Assembly: GCA_030390025.1 (NCBI GenBank)
Contig: CM059453.1
Location: 3,720,001 to 3,784,000, forward strand
Reading direction: 5' to 3'
Length of the DNA: 64,000 bases
Origin: Squalus acanthias
Lineage: Eukaryota
Within the stretch, counting starts at the first letter, position 1. Every line of letters starts with the position of its first letter. A program made the translations under genes and the position numbers. A model generated the notes under the pieces. It was not told the DNA's origin. It made no database searches and saw nothing but the letters and a program-made list of their open reading frames with translations. Shown here in pieces: positions 1-12,608 of the stretch.

Positions 1-18
1 CGATGCTCTGTTTCACAT

Positions 19-303
19 TCCCCTTGGCAAACGCACGTATCTGTATCAGTCCAGATAAACACATATTTAAACAAGATGAGGACAAGGTGACCCTGAAGTG
101 TTCGGTGATGGGATCTTATCCCACCTACTCCTGGAGCTATGGCGGGAAGCCTTTACCGGAAAACACACGGTATACACTTTCTGCCGAAAAAAGCAACCAA
201 ACAATCAATCCCTTGAAAACAACCGATAACGGAGACTTCGTCTGTAACGGAACGAACATCGTGAACACTGTTGAGAGCCCAGCAGTCAAGTTAATGATCT
301 ACG
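19..303 (+). pseudogene. Orphan inverted paralog of exon 3 (Ig C2) with a mutated acceptor
   Basis: 285 nt and open, both Ig Cys kept, G|gtgag donor kept; acceptor reads ttcacAT instead of ttcacAG. Confidence 0.85.
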
Positions 304-1856
304 GTGAGAAAACTCATTTCTATTGTTAAATACTAACTATACATTATAATAGTTCTCAAACTGTCAACTGAATCTCCGGGAGCGAAATTCGACTGTGGTG
401 GGATGTAAAACGGGCGGTATCGCATTGGCCGCCTGTTATGTGCTCCGCCAGATATCCGGTTCTATTGAAGCCATATTGAAGTGATACCGCCTGTTCTGCA
501 TCCATGCCCAAATCTATTTTTTGTCCAGGGACATATCATTGAATGTGGCAAATTCTTATTCTTACTTCTGTAGTCCATCGAAATGTTTGGATACTATGAT
601 TTCAATCTGCATGAATGTACTAGAACCGAAACTGCATATTTATCAAAGCGGCTAAGGGCATTAAACAGGGAGCGCAACAGAGACTGGATAAACTGACGGT
701 GTTTGAAATAAGATGTATCTGGTATTCAATTGAGAGGTAAAATTGCAATGCAGTTTGGCAATGATAACTGTTAAATTATTGCACATGGGTTGAAAAGGGC
801 GAGTAGACCTTGATCGGAATTGCTTTAGATCATTGAGCTGTAGGAAGACGCAGTACTGCCATCATCTCATTGATATGAAGCTGATTGGGGTGTGCACTGA
901 TAGGAAGTGGTAGCACAACTTAGCCAACCAGTCCTGATTTGACACTTCAGTAGATATTGAAGGGGTCGGGGACCCCCTCTGGGAGACATTGTGCCAGAGC
1001 TTGGCTTCAAGGTTCAATAGAGATTTAATAGCGCTGTACAAAATTATGAAGAGTTTAGATCGAGTAAATATAGAGAAACTGTTTCTACTGGTAGCAGCGT
1101 GGGTAACCAGAGGTCACTGATTTAAAATAATTGGGAAATAACCAGATGAGGAGCTTTCTTTATGCAGCGTGTTGTAGTTATCTAGAATGCGCTGCCTGAA
1201 AGGGCGGTGGAAGCAGGTTCAATAATAACTTTCAAAAGGGAATTGGATATTAACTTGAAAAGGAAACAATTGCTGGGTTATGGGGAACGGGTAGGGGAGT
1301 GGGACTGAGTTCAAAGAGCCGGTACAGACACGATGGGCTGGATGGCCTCCTTCTGTGCTGTATCATTCAAAGACGTTATGTTTTATTCCAGGGTATATAT
1401 AACTCCAGCTATGTTTGAAACCAGATTTTACAAAACTGGTCAGCTGGTCTGGTGAAAATCTTGGTACCTTAACCATCGTGTCATTGAGGCTTCTTCGTCT
1501 TGTGAACGATGTCACTGCTGCTCACACTTCTCTAAAAGTATAAAGAGAAACGAGAGATGTGCGGGGCTGTCGGCTGCACTCTGAATTCTGCATCTACTGG
1601 TCTGAGACTGATGATCAAGTCAAACTGCAGCCTTAGAAAGAGCTCGCAGTGATGGACAGATTACTATAAATGTTGTGACGATTAAATAATTTGAATGGAT
1701 GCGATTTGCCAGAGGTGAGCATAGTGAGTATGTAGCAGAGTAGAGTTTGCAGTGAACTAGAGCGGCTGGTTAAGTATTAAGTTTTATTTATTGATTCATT
1801 GATTAGCTGTTAAAATATTACTGGATAACAAATCAGTGACTGGTGATGTGGAGTGC

Positions 1857-3560
1857 GGCTGCAGAGAACAGTATCTATCCCCCTGACTATATTGTCCCCT
1901 ACTACTGCCATATTCCTTCCTTCTCCCCCCAGTTGGATGGCCCCCTGTACCACAGTGCCGTGGTCAGTTTTCCCATTCTCCCTGCAGTCCTTTTCCTCAT
2001 CCATACAGGTAGAAAGTACCTCGTACCTGTTGGACAATGTCCAGGATTGAGGCTCCTCCATCACTACATCCTGGCTCCCTATACCTTCCTCCTGTCCCTG
2101 ACCACTGACGATCTCTAAAGTACTACTTAACCTAAAGGGTGTGACTGCCTCCTGGAACAAAGTGTCCAGGTAATTCTCCCCCTCCCTGATGCATCGCAAT
2201 GTCTGCAGCTCGTACTCCAGCTCAACAATTCTGAGCCGAAGTTCCTCGAGTTGCAGACACTTACTGCAGATGTGGTTGCTCGGGATCGCGATGCTCTCCA
2301 CAGACTCCCACATGCTGCAGTTATGACACACCATCTGCCCTGCCATCTCATAGAATCATAGAAAATAGGAGCAGGAGTAGGCCATTCGGCCCCTCGAGCC
2401 TGCTCCGCCATTCAATGAGATCATGGCTGATTATCCAAATTCAGTACCCTGTCCCTGCCTTCTCCCCATATCCCTTGATCCCTTTAGCCTTAAGAAATAT
2501 ATCTAACTCCTTCTTGAATATATTTAATGAGTTGGCCTCAACTGCCTTCTGTGGTAGAGAATTCCACAGGTTCACCGCTCTCTGGGTGAAGAAATTCCTC
2601 CTCATCTCTTTCCTAAATGGCTTACCCTTATCCTTAGACTGTGACCCTTGGTTCTGGACTCCCCAGCCATCGGGAACATCCTTCCTGCATCTAGTCTGTC
2701 TAGTCCTGTTAGAATTTTATACCTTTCAATGAGATCCCCTCTCATTCTTCTAAACTCCAACGAGTATACGCCCAACCGACCCAATCTCTCCTCATACGTC
2801 ATTCCTGCCATCTCAGGTATCAGTCTGGTGAATCTTCGCTGCACTCCCTCCATGGCAATAACATCCTTCCTCAGATAAGGTGACCAAAACTGCACACAAT
2901 ACTCAAGATGTGGTCTCACCAAGGCTCTGTACAACTGCAGCAAGACATCCTTGTTCCTGTACTCGAACCCTCTCGCTGCGAAGGCCAAACTACCATTTGC
3001 ATTCTTAACTGCCTGCTGCACCTGCATGCTTACCTTCAGCGACTGGTGCACAAGGGCACCCAGGTCTCGTTGCACTTCCCCTTCTCCCAATCTATTGCCG
3101 TTCAGATAATAAGCTCTCTTCCTGTTTTTGCCACCAAAGTGGATAGCCTCGCATGTAGTGGATAACCTCGCTTTTATTTTGTTTTATTTATTAATTAATT
3201 ATTAAAACATTTTATCCAATCGATATTTTACGTTTATTGTTTGATTATTTTATTTTATTTAAATTATTAATTTAATAAGTACTGGCAAGGTACAGTTCCT
3301 CAGATCTTAATTTAACCCCCCTTCCCTAACTTAGGGAGCAAAAAAGAGCTGCATTACTCACCAACCAAACACCTACCTGCTCTCATGTGACGTCGCACTT
3401 TGTTGTTTTTGAATCGGAGCCCCGGCTGCAGCTGCTTTAATTCAGGTCTGCTCCCGGGCCTCTCTTTATCCTGTCGCCGCGGCCGCTGCTTTAATTCGGG
3501 TCCGCTCACGGGCCGCTCTTTTTCCACTCGCCGCTGCCGCCGCTTGATTGATTTTTTGTT
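1857..3560 (-). mobile_element. CR1 5'UTR/ORF1 fragment split by a second CR1 3' fragment (about 2350-3165); duplicated at about 56229-57932
   Basis: ORF MAGQMVCHNC... is homologous to 36360-36855; the inner element has RPHLEYCVQFWSP and a tail. Confidence 0.88.
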
Positions 3561-3855
3561 TGTTTTGTTATTGGTAAATGCTGATATAATGCCTTGATAT
3601 AGTGACCTGTTAGTTGACAGTTTTGCGGGCAGTAACTTGTCTTGGGTGCCAGTGCAAAACTGGCGGTATCAAAACGTCCGCCTGCCCCGCCCGATATTCT
3701 CTTCCGTTGTCATCAATGGAGCTGAATATCTGTCTGTGTGTATAACAGGCGGCCAATGCGATGCCGACCGTTTTGCACGACTGCCGGAGACAAATTTCTA
3801 CCCTCAAATCTTTTTGCTAGAACCGCGCTACCACATGTTATCACATGGTATGACA

Positions 3856-4561
3856 ATGGCCCAGATATTCCGATCCCTATGGGTGGGTACACGCTGTGTA
3901 CCCACCCGTAGGGACATCAGAAATGCCGTTTTCAGGCATGCACAGCGCCTGCGCTGAAAACCGGCATTTCCGATCTGTCAAGATTGCTCTTGACAGATCC
4001 TCTGGCTTCTGCGGGCGGATAGTTCCGCTTTTTGGAGAACCTCCACCCGCAGAAAACCTTTACAATTCTTACACCTGGAAAAAGTTGAAAAAAGTTTTTT
4101 TTTAAATTCGCCCATTTATCATTTAAAAATCCTTTAAAAAAGGTAAGTTTATTTTTAGCCCCGTATTTAACTTTATATACTTTATTCAAAAATTTAAATT
4201 TTTGTTTAAAATATTTAATTTATTGTAATTTCAAATCATTTTAAAAATGTGATTTAAAAAAATGTATTTAAAGTTTTACTATGTTTTGGGGTGATCACCA
4301 TTCATATATTTGACAGGTCTTCCTGTCAAGTGTATGAAGGGACATTCCCTTCTTTGATTGGCTCCCCATGGTCCACGTGATCTAGGGACACTTGCGAACA
4401 GCATGCACCCCTGGGATACGTAGGCCCTGCACACTTGGAGTTGGAGAGGCCCAGCATCGGAACTTTACGCACCTCGGGAGCCCTCAGGTAAGTGCGGAGA
4501 TTTTTTCCAGATCGGAGGCTTCCGCACGCGGGCAGCCTCCGATCGGTAAATACGGCCCATT
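3856..4561. mobile_element. Non-autonomous TIR element (copy B near 58228-58933; related fragment near 35885-36064)
   Basis: Imperfect TIR atggcccagatattccgatc / gatcggtaaatacggcccat with an AT-rich core. Confidence 0.6.
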
Positions 4562-6586
4562 GCCTTTCAGACTTACTGGCCGACTGCTGCTATGGGAGAA
4601 CGGGAAGCGCTGAGCGGCAAAACTGCGCGTAACACAATTCGAAATATCTTCATTTATTGGGCCGGAATTTGCGGTGGGTAATAACGGCAAAATAACAATG
4701 TTCACCGTTAATAACCCTTTGAAACTGACCACAACTTCAGGATTTAGCGCATGCGCATCCTTATGTGGAAACCTTGAAGTTGCGGTCAGTCATTCAATGC
4801 TTCCAGACAGGCTGTGCCCGCGGCACCCACCCTCCCCACCACCCCACTATAGCCAGCAATCAGTGTAATCAGGGAAACTGTCGAAAACATGGGTTTTTCA
4901 GCGGTAATAGCGCTGTTAAATACCCCATTAAAAGTTCGACCTTGTTGGATTAGGTATAACTGGGGTTATAAGAACGTATTTACTGCTAAACAAACGTTAT
5001 GGCACTGAAAAACTAATTTTAATTTTGTGGAGTGTCAAATTTCTCCATTATGATAAAAGTTAAAATTTTAAAGAAATTAAGAAGATTGTTTTAAAAAAGT
5101 TTTTTCATGATATTTCAGCTTCTACCTTATCCCCATGTGAGAGCCCCAATCTTAGTTTTGCTTCCTGTAACATTTTAAAAAGTCGGAATAAAAGAAGGTT
5201 CTCATTTAATGGTTCCCTGTCGGTGAGAATTCTGCATTGCGATTAGCTGCTCAGACAGCTTGTTGATGTCACAGCAGATTCCACTCGGGAATCCCTGCTA
5301 TAAAGTGCTGAAATCACTTAAAAACATAGAAACATAGAACAGTACAGCACTGTACAGGCCCTTCGGCCCTCGATGTTGTGCCGAGCATTGTCCGAGACCA
5401 AGATCAAGCTATCACACTCCCTATCACTCTGGTGTGCTCCATGTGCTTATCCAATAACCGCTTGAAAGTTCCTAAAGTGTCCGACTCCACTATCACAGCA
5501 GGCAGTCCATTCCACACCCCAACCACTCTCTGAGTAAAGAATCTACCTCGGACATCCCTTCTATATCTCCCCCCATGCACCTTATAGTTATGCGCCCTTG
5601 TAACAGCTGCCTCTACCCGAGGAAATAGTCTCTGAACATCCACTCTATCTATCCCCCTCATCATCTTATAAACCTCTATTAAGTCGCCTCTCATCCTCCT
5701 CCGCTCTAAAGAGAAAAGCCCCAACTCCCTCAATCTTTCCTCATAAGACCTCCCCCCCAAACCAGGCAGTATCCTGGTAAATCTCCTTTGCACTCTTTCC
5801 AATGCTTCCACGTCCTTCCTATAGTGAGGTGACCAGAACTGCACACAATATTCCAAATGTGGTCTCACCAAGGTCCTGTACAGTTGCAGCATAACCTCAC
5901 GGTTCTTAAACTCAAACCCTCTGTTAATAAACGCCAACACACCATAGGCCTTCTTTACTGCTCTGTCCACTTCAGTGGCAACCTTCAGAGATCTGTGGAT
6001 ATGAACCCCCAGATCCCTCTGCTCCTCCACGTTCCTCAGAACCCTGCCGTTGACCCTGTAATCCTTATTCAAATTTGCCCTACCAAAATGAATCACCTCG
6101 CACTTATCAGGGTTAAATTCCATCTGCCATTTTTCGGCCCAGCTCTGCATCCTATCAATGTCTCTTTGCAGCCGACAACAGCCCTCCACCTCATCCACTG
6201 CTCCACCAATCTTGGTGTCATCAGCAAATTTACTGATCCACCCTTCAGTCCCCTCCTCCAAGTCATTGATAAAAATCACAAACAGCAGAGGACCCAGCAC
6301 CGACCCCTGTGGCACACCGCTGGTAACTGGTCTCCAGTCCGAAAATATTCCATCCACCACCACCCTCTGCCTTCTATGAGATAGCCAGTTACTTATCCAA
6401 TCGGCCAAATTTCCCTCGATCCCACAACTCCTTACTTTCTCCATGAGCCGACCATGGGGAACCTTATCAAACGCCTTACTAAAATCCATGTATACGACAT
6501 CAACTGCTCTACCTTCATCTACACACTTAGTTACCTCCTCAAAGAATTCAATCAAATTTGTTAGGCAAGACTTACCCTTCACGAAT

Positions 6587-8320
6587 ACGATAGCAAAATA
6601 CTGCGGATGCTGGAAATCTGAAATAACAACAGAAAACGCTGGAAAAACTCAGCTGGCCAGGCAGCATCCGTGGAGAGAGAAAGAGAGTTAACGTTTCAGG
6701 TCGATGACCTTTCGTCAGAACTGTGAAGAGCCGGAAATCAAATAGATTTAAGGCCAGAGTAAAGCTGGGAAAAGGGGGAGGGGATAAAAGAACAAAGGGG
6801 GAGATGAAGAGACATTAAGAGACATTAAGAGATATGCAAGGCTAGAGGTGGTGTTAATGTGACAGATTAAGGCTGAATGAAGTGTGAAATCCACTGGCAG
6901 AATGAAGGACAGCTGCCAGCTTCTAGGAGGAAAAAAAAAAGGTGGGGGTGGGGGCAAACAAAAGGGTGGAAAAAATAAAATATAAATGTGATTGGAGCTG
7001 AGGTTATGATCTAAAATTGTTGAACTCGATATTGAGTCCAGAGGGCTGTAGCGTGTCTAAACGAACGATGAGGTGCTGTTCCTCGAGCTTATGCTGCGCT
7101 TCCGTGGAACAGTGTAATAGGCCGAGGACGGTGAGGTCAGAGTGGGAGTGAAGCGGTGAATTAAAGTGACAGGCCACCGGGAGCTCGGGGTCCCCCTTAC
7201 GGACTGAACGGAGGTGTTCCGCAAAGCGGTCACCCAATCTGCGTTTGGTCTCCCCAGTGTAGAGGAGACCACATCGTGAGCAGCGAATACAGTATACTAA
7301 ATTGCAGGAAGTACAAGTAAATCGCTGTTTCACCTGGAAGGGGGTGTTTGGGGCCCTGGACAGTGGGAAGAGGGGAGGTGTAAGGGCATGTGTTGCATCT
7401 CCTGCGCGTGCACAGGAAGGTGCCGGGCGAAGGGGAAGGGGTGCTGGGGGTGGTAGAGGAGTGGACTAGGGTGTCGCGGAGGGAGCGGTCCCTGCGGAAT
7501 GCTGAAAGGGGAGGTGAGGGGAAGATGTGTTTGGTGGTGGGATCATGCTGGAGGTGGCGGAAATGGCGGAGGATGATCCATTGAATGTGGAGGCTGGTGG
7601 GGTGAAAGGTGAGGACAAGGGGAACCCTATCGTGGTTCCGGGAGGGAGGGGCAGGGGTGAGGGCAGAAGTGTGGGAGATAGAACGGACACAGTCGAGGGC
7701 CGTGTCAACCATGGTAGAGGGGAATCCTCGGTTGAGGAAAAAGGAAGACATGTCGGAAGCACTGGTATGGAAGATGGCATCATCAGAGCAGATGCGGCGG
7801 AGACGGAGAAACTGGGAGAATGGAATAGAGTCCTTACAGGAGGCGGGGTGGGAGGAAGTGTAGTCCAGGTAGCTGTGGGAGTCAGTGGGCTTGTAGTGAA
7901 TGTTAGTCAATAACCTATCCCCAGAGATGGAGATGGAGAAGTCGAGGAAGGGAAGGGAAGAGTCGAAGATGGACCATGTGAAGGTGAGGGAACGGTGGAA
8001 ATTGGAAGCATAGTGAATGAAATGTTCTAGTTCAGGGCGAGAGCAGGAGACGGCACCGATACAGTCATCAATGTACCGGAAAAAGAGGTGAGGGAGGGGA
8101 CCCGAGTAGGACTGGAACAAAGAGTGTTCCACATATCCCACGAAAAGGCAGGCATAGCTAGGACCCATGCGGGTACCCATAGCAACACCTTTAATTTGGA
8201 GGAAATGGGTAGAGTCAAAGGAGAAGTTGTTCAATGTGAGAACAAGTTCAGCCAGGCGGAGGAGGGTGGTGGTGGATGGGGACTGGTTGGGCGTCTGTTC
8301 AAGGAAGAAGCGGAGCGCCC
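6587..8320 (-). mobile_element. Penelope-like element (5'-truncated RT + GIY-YIG endonuclease + terminal repeat)
   Basis: GVAMGTRMGP, RYIDD, LVYCIRC..C..LYTGET..R...RF.EH; TSD tcacgaat at 6579-6586 and 8321-8328; frameshift near 7345. Confidence 0.93.
6686..6722 (-). ncRNA. Minimal type I hammerhead ribozyme motif in the Penelope terminal repeat
   Basis: agtt-CTGACGA-a-aggtc-atc-gacct-GAAAC-GTT-aact: conserved core, helix II, helix I (AGTT/AACT) and a palindromic loopless helix III. Confidence 0.65.
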
Positions 8321-11300
8321 TCACGAATCCGTGTTGACTATCCCTGATTAAGTTGCCCCTTTCCAAATGGTCATAAACCCTATCCCTCAGGACCTTTTCC
8401 ATTATCTTACCAACCACCGAAGTAAGACTAACCGGCCTATAATTACCAGGGTCATTCCTATTTCCTTTCTTGAAGAGAGGAACAACATTCGCCACTCTCC
8501 AGTCCTCTGGCACCATTCCCGTGGACAGTGAGGACCCAAAGATCAAAGCCAGAGGCTCTGCAATCTTCTCCCTTGCCTCCCAAAGAATCCTAGGATATAT
8601 CCCATCTGGCCCAGGGGACTTATCGACCCTCAGGTTCTTCAAAATTGCTAAAACATCTTCCCTCAGAACATCTACCACCTCCAGCCTATCCACCTTTATC
8701 ACACTCTCATCCTCAAGAACATGGCCCCTCTCCTCGGTGAACACTGACGAAAAGTATTCATTCATCACCTCTCCTATTTCTTCTGACTCCATGCACAAGT
8801 TTTCACTACTGTCCTTGACCGGCCCTACCCTCACCCTGGTCATTCTTTTATTTCTCACATAAGAGTAAAAGGCCTTGGGGTTTTTCTTGATCCGAAGCGC
8901 CAAGGACTTCTCATGCCCCCTCCTAGCTCTCCTAAGCTCTTTTTTTAGCTCATTCCTTGCTACCTTGTACCCCTCAATCGACCCAACTGAACCTGTTTTC
9001 TCATCCTTACATACGCTTCCTTTTTCCTCTTGACTAGACATTCAACCTCTTTTGTGAACCATGGTTCTCTCACTCGGCCATTTCCTCCCTGCCTGACAGG
9101 GACATACCTATCAAGGACACGCAGTAATTGCTCCATGAAAAAGCTCCACTTTTCGTTTGTGCCTTTCCCTGATAGTTTCTGTTCCCATCTTATACTCCCT
9201 AATTCTTGCCTAATCGCATCATAATTACCCCTCCCCCAATTATAAACCCTGCCCTGCCGTATGGCCCTATCCCTCTCCATTGCAATAGTGAAAGTTACCG
9301 AATTGTGGTCACTATCTCCAAAGTGCTCTCCCACATACAAATCAAACACTTGGCCCGGTTCATTACCCAGTACCAAATCCAACGTGGCCCCACCTCTTGT
9401 CGGCCTATCCACATATTGTGTCAGGAAACCCTCCTGCACACACTCTGCAAAAACTATCCCATCCGAACTGTTTGACCTATAAAGGTTCCAATCAATATTT
9501 GGAAAGTTGAAGTCACCCATGACAACTTCTCTGTGACCTCCACACCTATTCATAATCTGCTTTGCAATTTCTTCCTCCACATCTCTATTACTATTTGGGG
9601 GCCTGTAGAAAACTCCTAACAACGTGACCGCTCCTTTCCGATTTCTAACTTCAGCCCATATTACCTCAGACGGCAGATCCCCCTCGAACTGCCTTTCTGC
9701 CGCTGTTAAACTATCCTTGATTAACAATGCTACTCCTCCACCTTTCTTACCAACTTCCCTACTCTTACTGAAACATCTATACCCCGGAACTTCCAACAAC
9801 CATTCCTGTCCCTGTTCTAACCATGTCTCCGTAATGGCCACCACATCGTAGTCCCAAGTACCAATCCATGCTCCAAGTTCTCCTACCTTATTCCGGATGC
9901 TCCTTGAATTGAAGTAGACACACTTACACATCGAAAAATGCAGACAGCTTTCTTCAGGGCCAACAGCAAACGCCTTTACTGCACCACTGACCACAAATTC
10001 AGTGTCATTTTATTTCATGCATGTGCATTACCAAGCTAATAGTGACCAGTGTTAATAATGAAATACATTCTTGATTCATCTTCTTTATGTGCATTTATGG
10101 CTACGTGTTAGCCGTGGCTCATTGGGTAGCCCTCTCGTCACTGAATGATAAGACTCGCGGGTTCACAATCCAACATCCAGAGGATTGAGCACAAAATCTA
10201 GGCCGACATTCTTGGTGCGGTACTGAGGGAGTTATGTAATTAACCCGGGTCGCCGTTTGCCCTCTCAGGTGGAAGTAAAATACCCCAGGTCCACTATTCG
10301 ATGAAGAACCCGTGAGTTATCCCAATACCTTGGCCAATATTTATTGCTTAGTCAGTACCGAAAAAAGATTATCTTGTCATTATCACTGATTATGGGATCT
10401 TGCTGTTCGCAAATTGGCTGTCCATTTTCCTACATTGCACTTCAAAAGTACGTCATTGTCTGTAAAGAGTTTCAGAGCATCCAGAGGTCGTGAAAGGCGT
10501 GAAATAAATCCAAGTCTTTCTTTTTTTGAATGTGGGCAACGTTGGTGAGTGATTATTGATTGTCCCTCTGTAGTTGCTCTGAGGCCATTAAGATTCAGCC
10601 AAATAGCATGGTACTGGAGTTACTCGTAGGTCAGACTGGGTAGTGGTTGGCACGCTCCCTTCCCTTTAAGATAGTTCGTTCGGTTTTGCGGCACAATTGC
10701 AGGAAACTCGTATATAAGACTCTCCAATTTAGCAGTGGAGCCAGTTTTACCAGCGGAAATAAATGCAGGTGGAGAGATCGGGAGACGATCGTACAACATC
10801 GAGAAGATTTGGGCTGATTGTACTTGTACCGTTATTCACTTACACCCAAAATTCCACGATCTATTAGGCGGCCTCATTGTTTTGCTGCCCGGTTGCACGT
10901 TTCTCTGAGCGCAAATATGGAGGAAATTTAATGAGGAAAATATTTTATATCCATGATATTCACTGGAATTTACCTCTGCACAAGACTTACTCAAGGCAAT
11001 TCTCTGACTCAGCGATTAAATAATTCTCCAGCCCTAAGTGATCCAACTGTCTAGAGACCCAATTGGCCCTTCTTCCCTGAAAGTAACCTGTCTGCGACTT
11101 GTTTGGATTATTGGGCCCACACTCGTCCTTGCCTTCTTCATGGAGTAGATTGTCTCCATTTCCCTTTCTGAGCAAGTTTACAAGTGTAAAAAAGACATGA
11201 AAAAGTTTCTCTCCTTCAAAGAACTCTGTCTTTATGCTTCATCTGTCCTGGTGTAAATGAAAGGTTCCATTGCCGGAATACAAAGCAGTAGGCTTCCACT

Positions 11301-12159
11301 TCAGTCATCCGCCAAACACTGTTAAGATCAAAGAGCAAAGGGCCTTCCAGTCGCTCCTGTGTGGGATTGCCCTTAGTACACATGCCGTCTGAGTGAGGTT
11401 ACCAACTCACTGCTAATTTGTGGCAGTATTTTTTAGGATGATACGGTTCAATATCATACAAAATCCTGTCGCACTGTATCCATACATCCTGCGAAGAGAG
11501 GAGGCTTGAATTCGCTCAGTCTCTGATAGGTAGCTACTGGAACCTTAGGAAGGGGCGGGGAGGTGGGGCTGGACAACTGTACTAGCCCCTGTTTGCAACC
11601 AACCCTTCAATCGTAAATATATTAATGGAGATCTCTTATGGCCACTGTTTCCCCGCGAAATCCGAGGCGAGATAGAAACAAGTCACTATTTGTAGCCACC
11701 CAGATACTTCGACTCCCGCATTCTGAGGTTAACGAACAGTACGTCAATCGACAGATTCACGGACTCTGCTCATGCTAATGAAATTATTTCGTACACGGTA
11801 ATGATATGTATACCCTCGCATTTCTGGTATCATCCTTGTAAATTCTCACTGCACCCTCTCCAGTGCCTCTATATCCTTTTTTATAATATGGCGACCAGAA
11901 CTGTATGCAGTGCTCCAAGTGTGGTCTAACCGAGGTTTGATACAGGTTTAGCATAAATATAGCGTATAGTGAGTTAAAATCTACAGTACTTGGGGTGCTG
12001 TGTTCAAATTTGGTCAGCACGCCACAAAAAAAGAACATTCCTACATTGGAGGGAACGTGGAAAAGTCTGACAGGAAATTAACCCAAGTGTAAAAAAAACT
12101 TATGATTACAGAAATTAAAATATTAATGACGTGCGAAACAGAGAGCAATATCATAAAAT

Positions 12160-12608
12160 AAACTTTCATTTATATCGCGCTTTTCATGACCACCGGATGT
12201 CTCAAAGTAGTCTACAGCCAATGAAATACTTTTGAAGTGGAGTCACTGTTGTAAGGTGGGAAACGTGGAAACAGCAAGCTCCCACAAACAGCAATGTGAT
12301 AATGACCAGATAATCTGTTTTTGTTTTGTTGGTCGAGTGATACATATTGGCCAAGACACCAGGGATAAATCCCCTGCTCTTCTTCAAAATAATGCCTGTG
12401 GATCTTTTTCGTCCACCTGAGGGAGTAGACGGGGCCTCGGTTGATAGTCTCATTCGAAAGACGGCACCTCCGACAGTGCAACACTCCCTCAGCATTGCAC
12501 TGGAGTGTCAGCGTAGCTTTATGTGTTCAGGTCGCTGGAATAGGAATTGAACCCATAACCTTCTGACTCAGAGGTGAGTGTGCTACCAACTGAACCACAC
12601 CTGACACA
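12160..12608 (-). mobile_element. tRNA-derived SINE with an L2-like tail (SacSINE1/DeuSINE-like); also near 10105-10525 +, 40400-40605 -, 40950-41245 -, 48030-48520 -, 52525-52755 +
   Basis: Box A/B-like head (tggttcagttggtagcac...gggttcaattcc) and a shared body and tail across copies. Confidence 0.75.

Larger units (their letters stand above)
1..9628 (+). repeat. Segmental direct repeat, copy A (left end outside the window)
   Basis: Colinear and >99% identical by eye to 54373-64000; offset 54,372. Confidence 0.97.
5321..9928 (-). mobile_element. CR1 LINE (5'-truncated ORF2: APE endonuclease + RT), interrupted by a Penelope element
   Basis: ITETWL, GDFNFPNIDW and SDH endonuclease motifs; YMDFSKAFD, GVPQGSVLGP and FADD RT motifs; (TTTCTATG)n-type tail at 5321; 1-nt frameshift near 8993. 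Confidence 0.95.

Noticed and set aside
3-329. 108-aa + strand ORF as a standalone secreted Ig protein
   Set aside because: Its Met lies in intron-homologous sequence, there is no signal peptide, and it is a spliced-exon relic.
1810-2346. 178-aa Cys-motif/coiled-coil ORF as a host gene
   Set aside because: It is a truncated CR1 ORF1, homologous to 36360-36855.
7230-9041. Chimeric ORF as an active new retrotransposon
   Set aside because: A clear TSD shows simple nesting; RT motif A is absent; there is an upstream frameshift and no ORF1 or promoter.
5857-9851. Many + strand ORFs of 60-175 aa
   Set aside because: They are antisense shadows of CR1/Penelope coding sequence.
12520-12608. tRNA-like sequence
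   Set aside because: It is the SINE head; no convincing cloverleaf.
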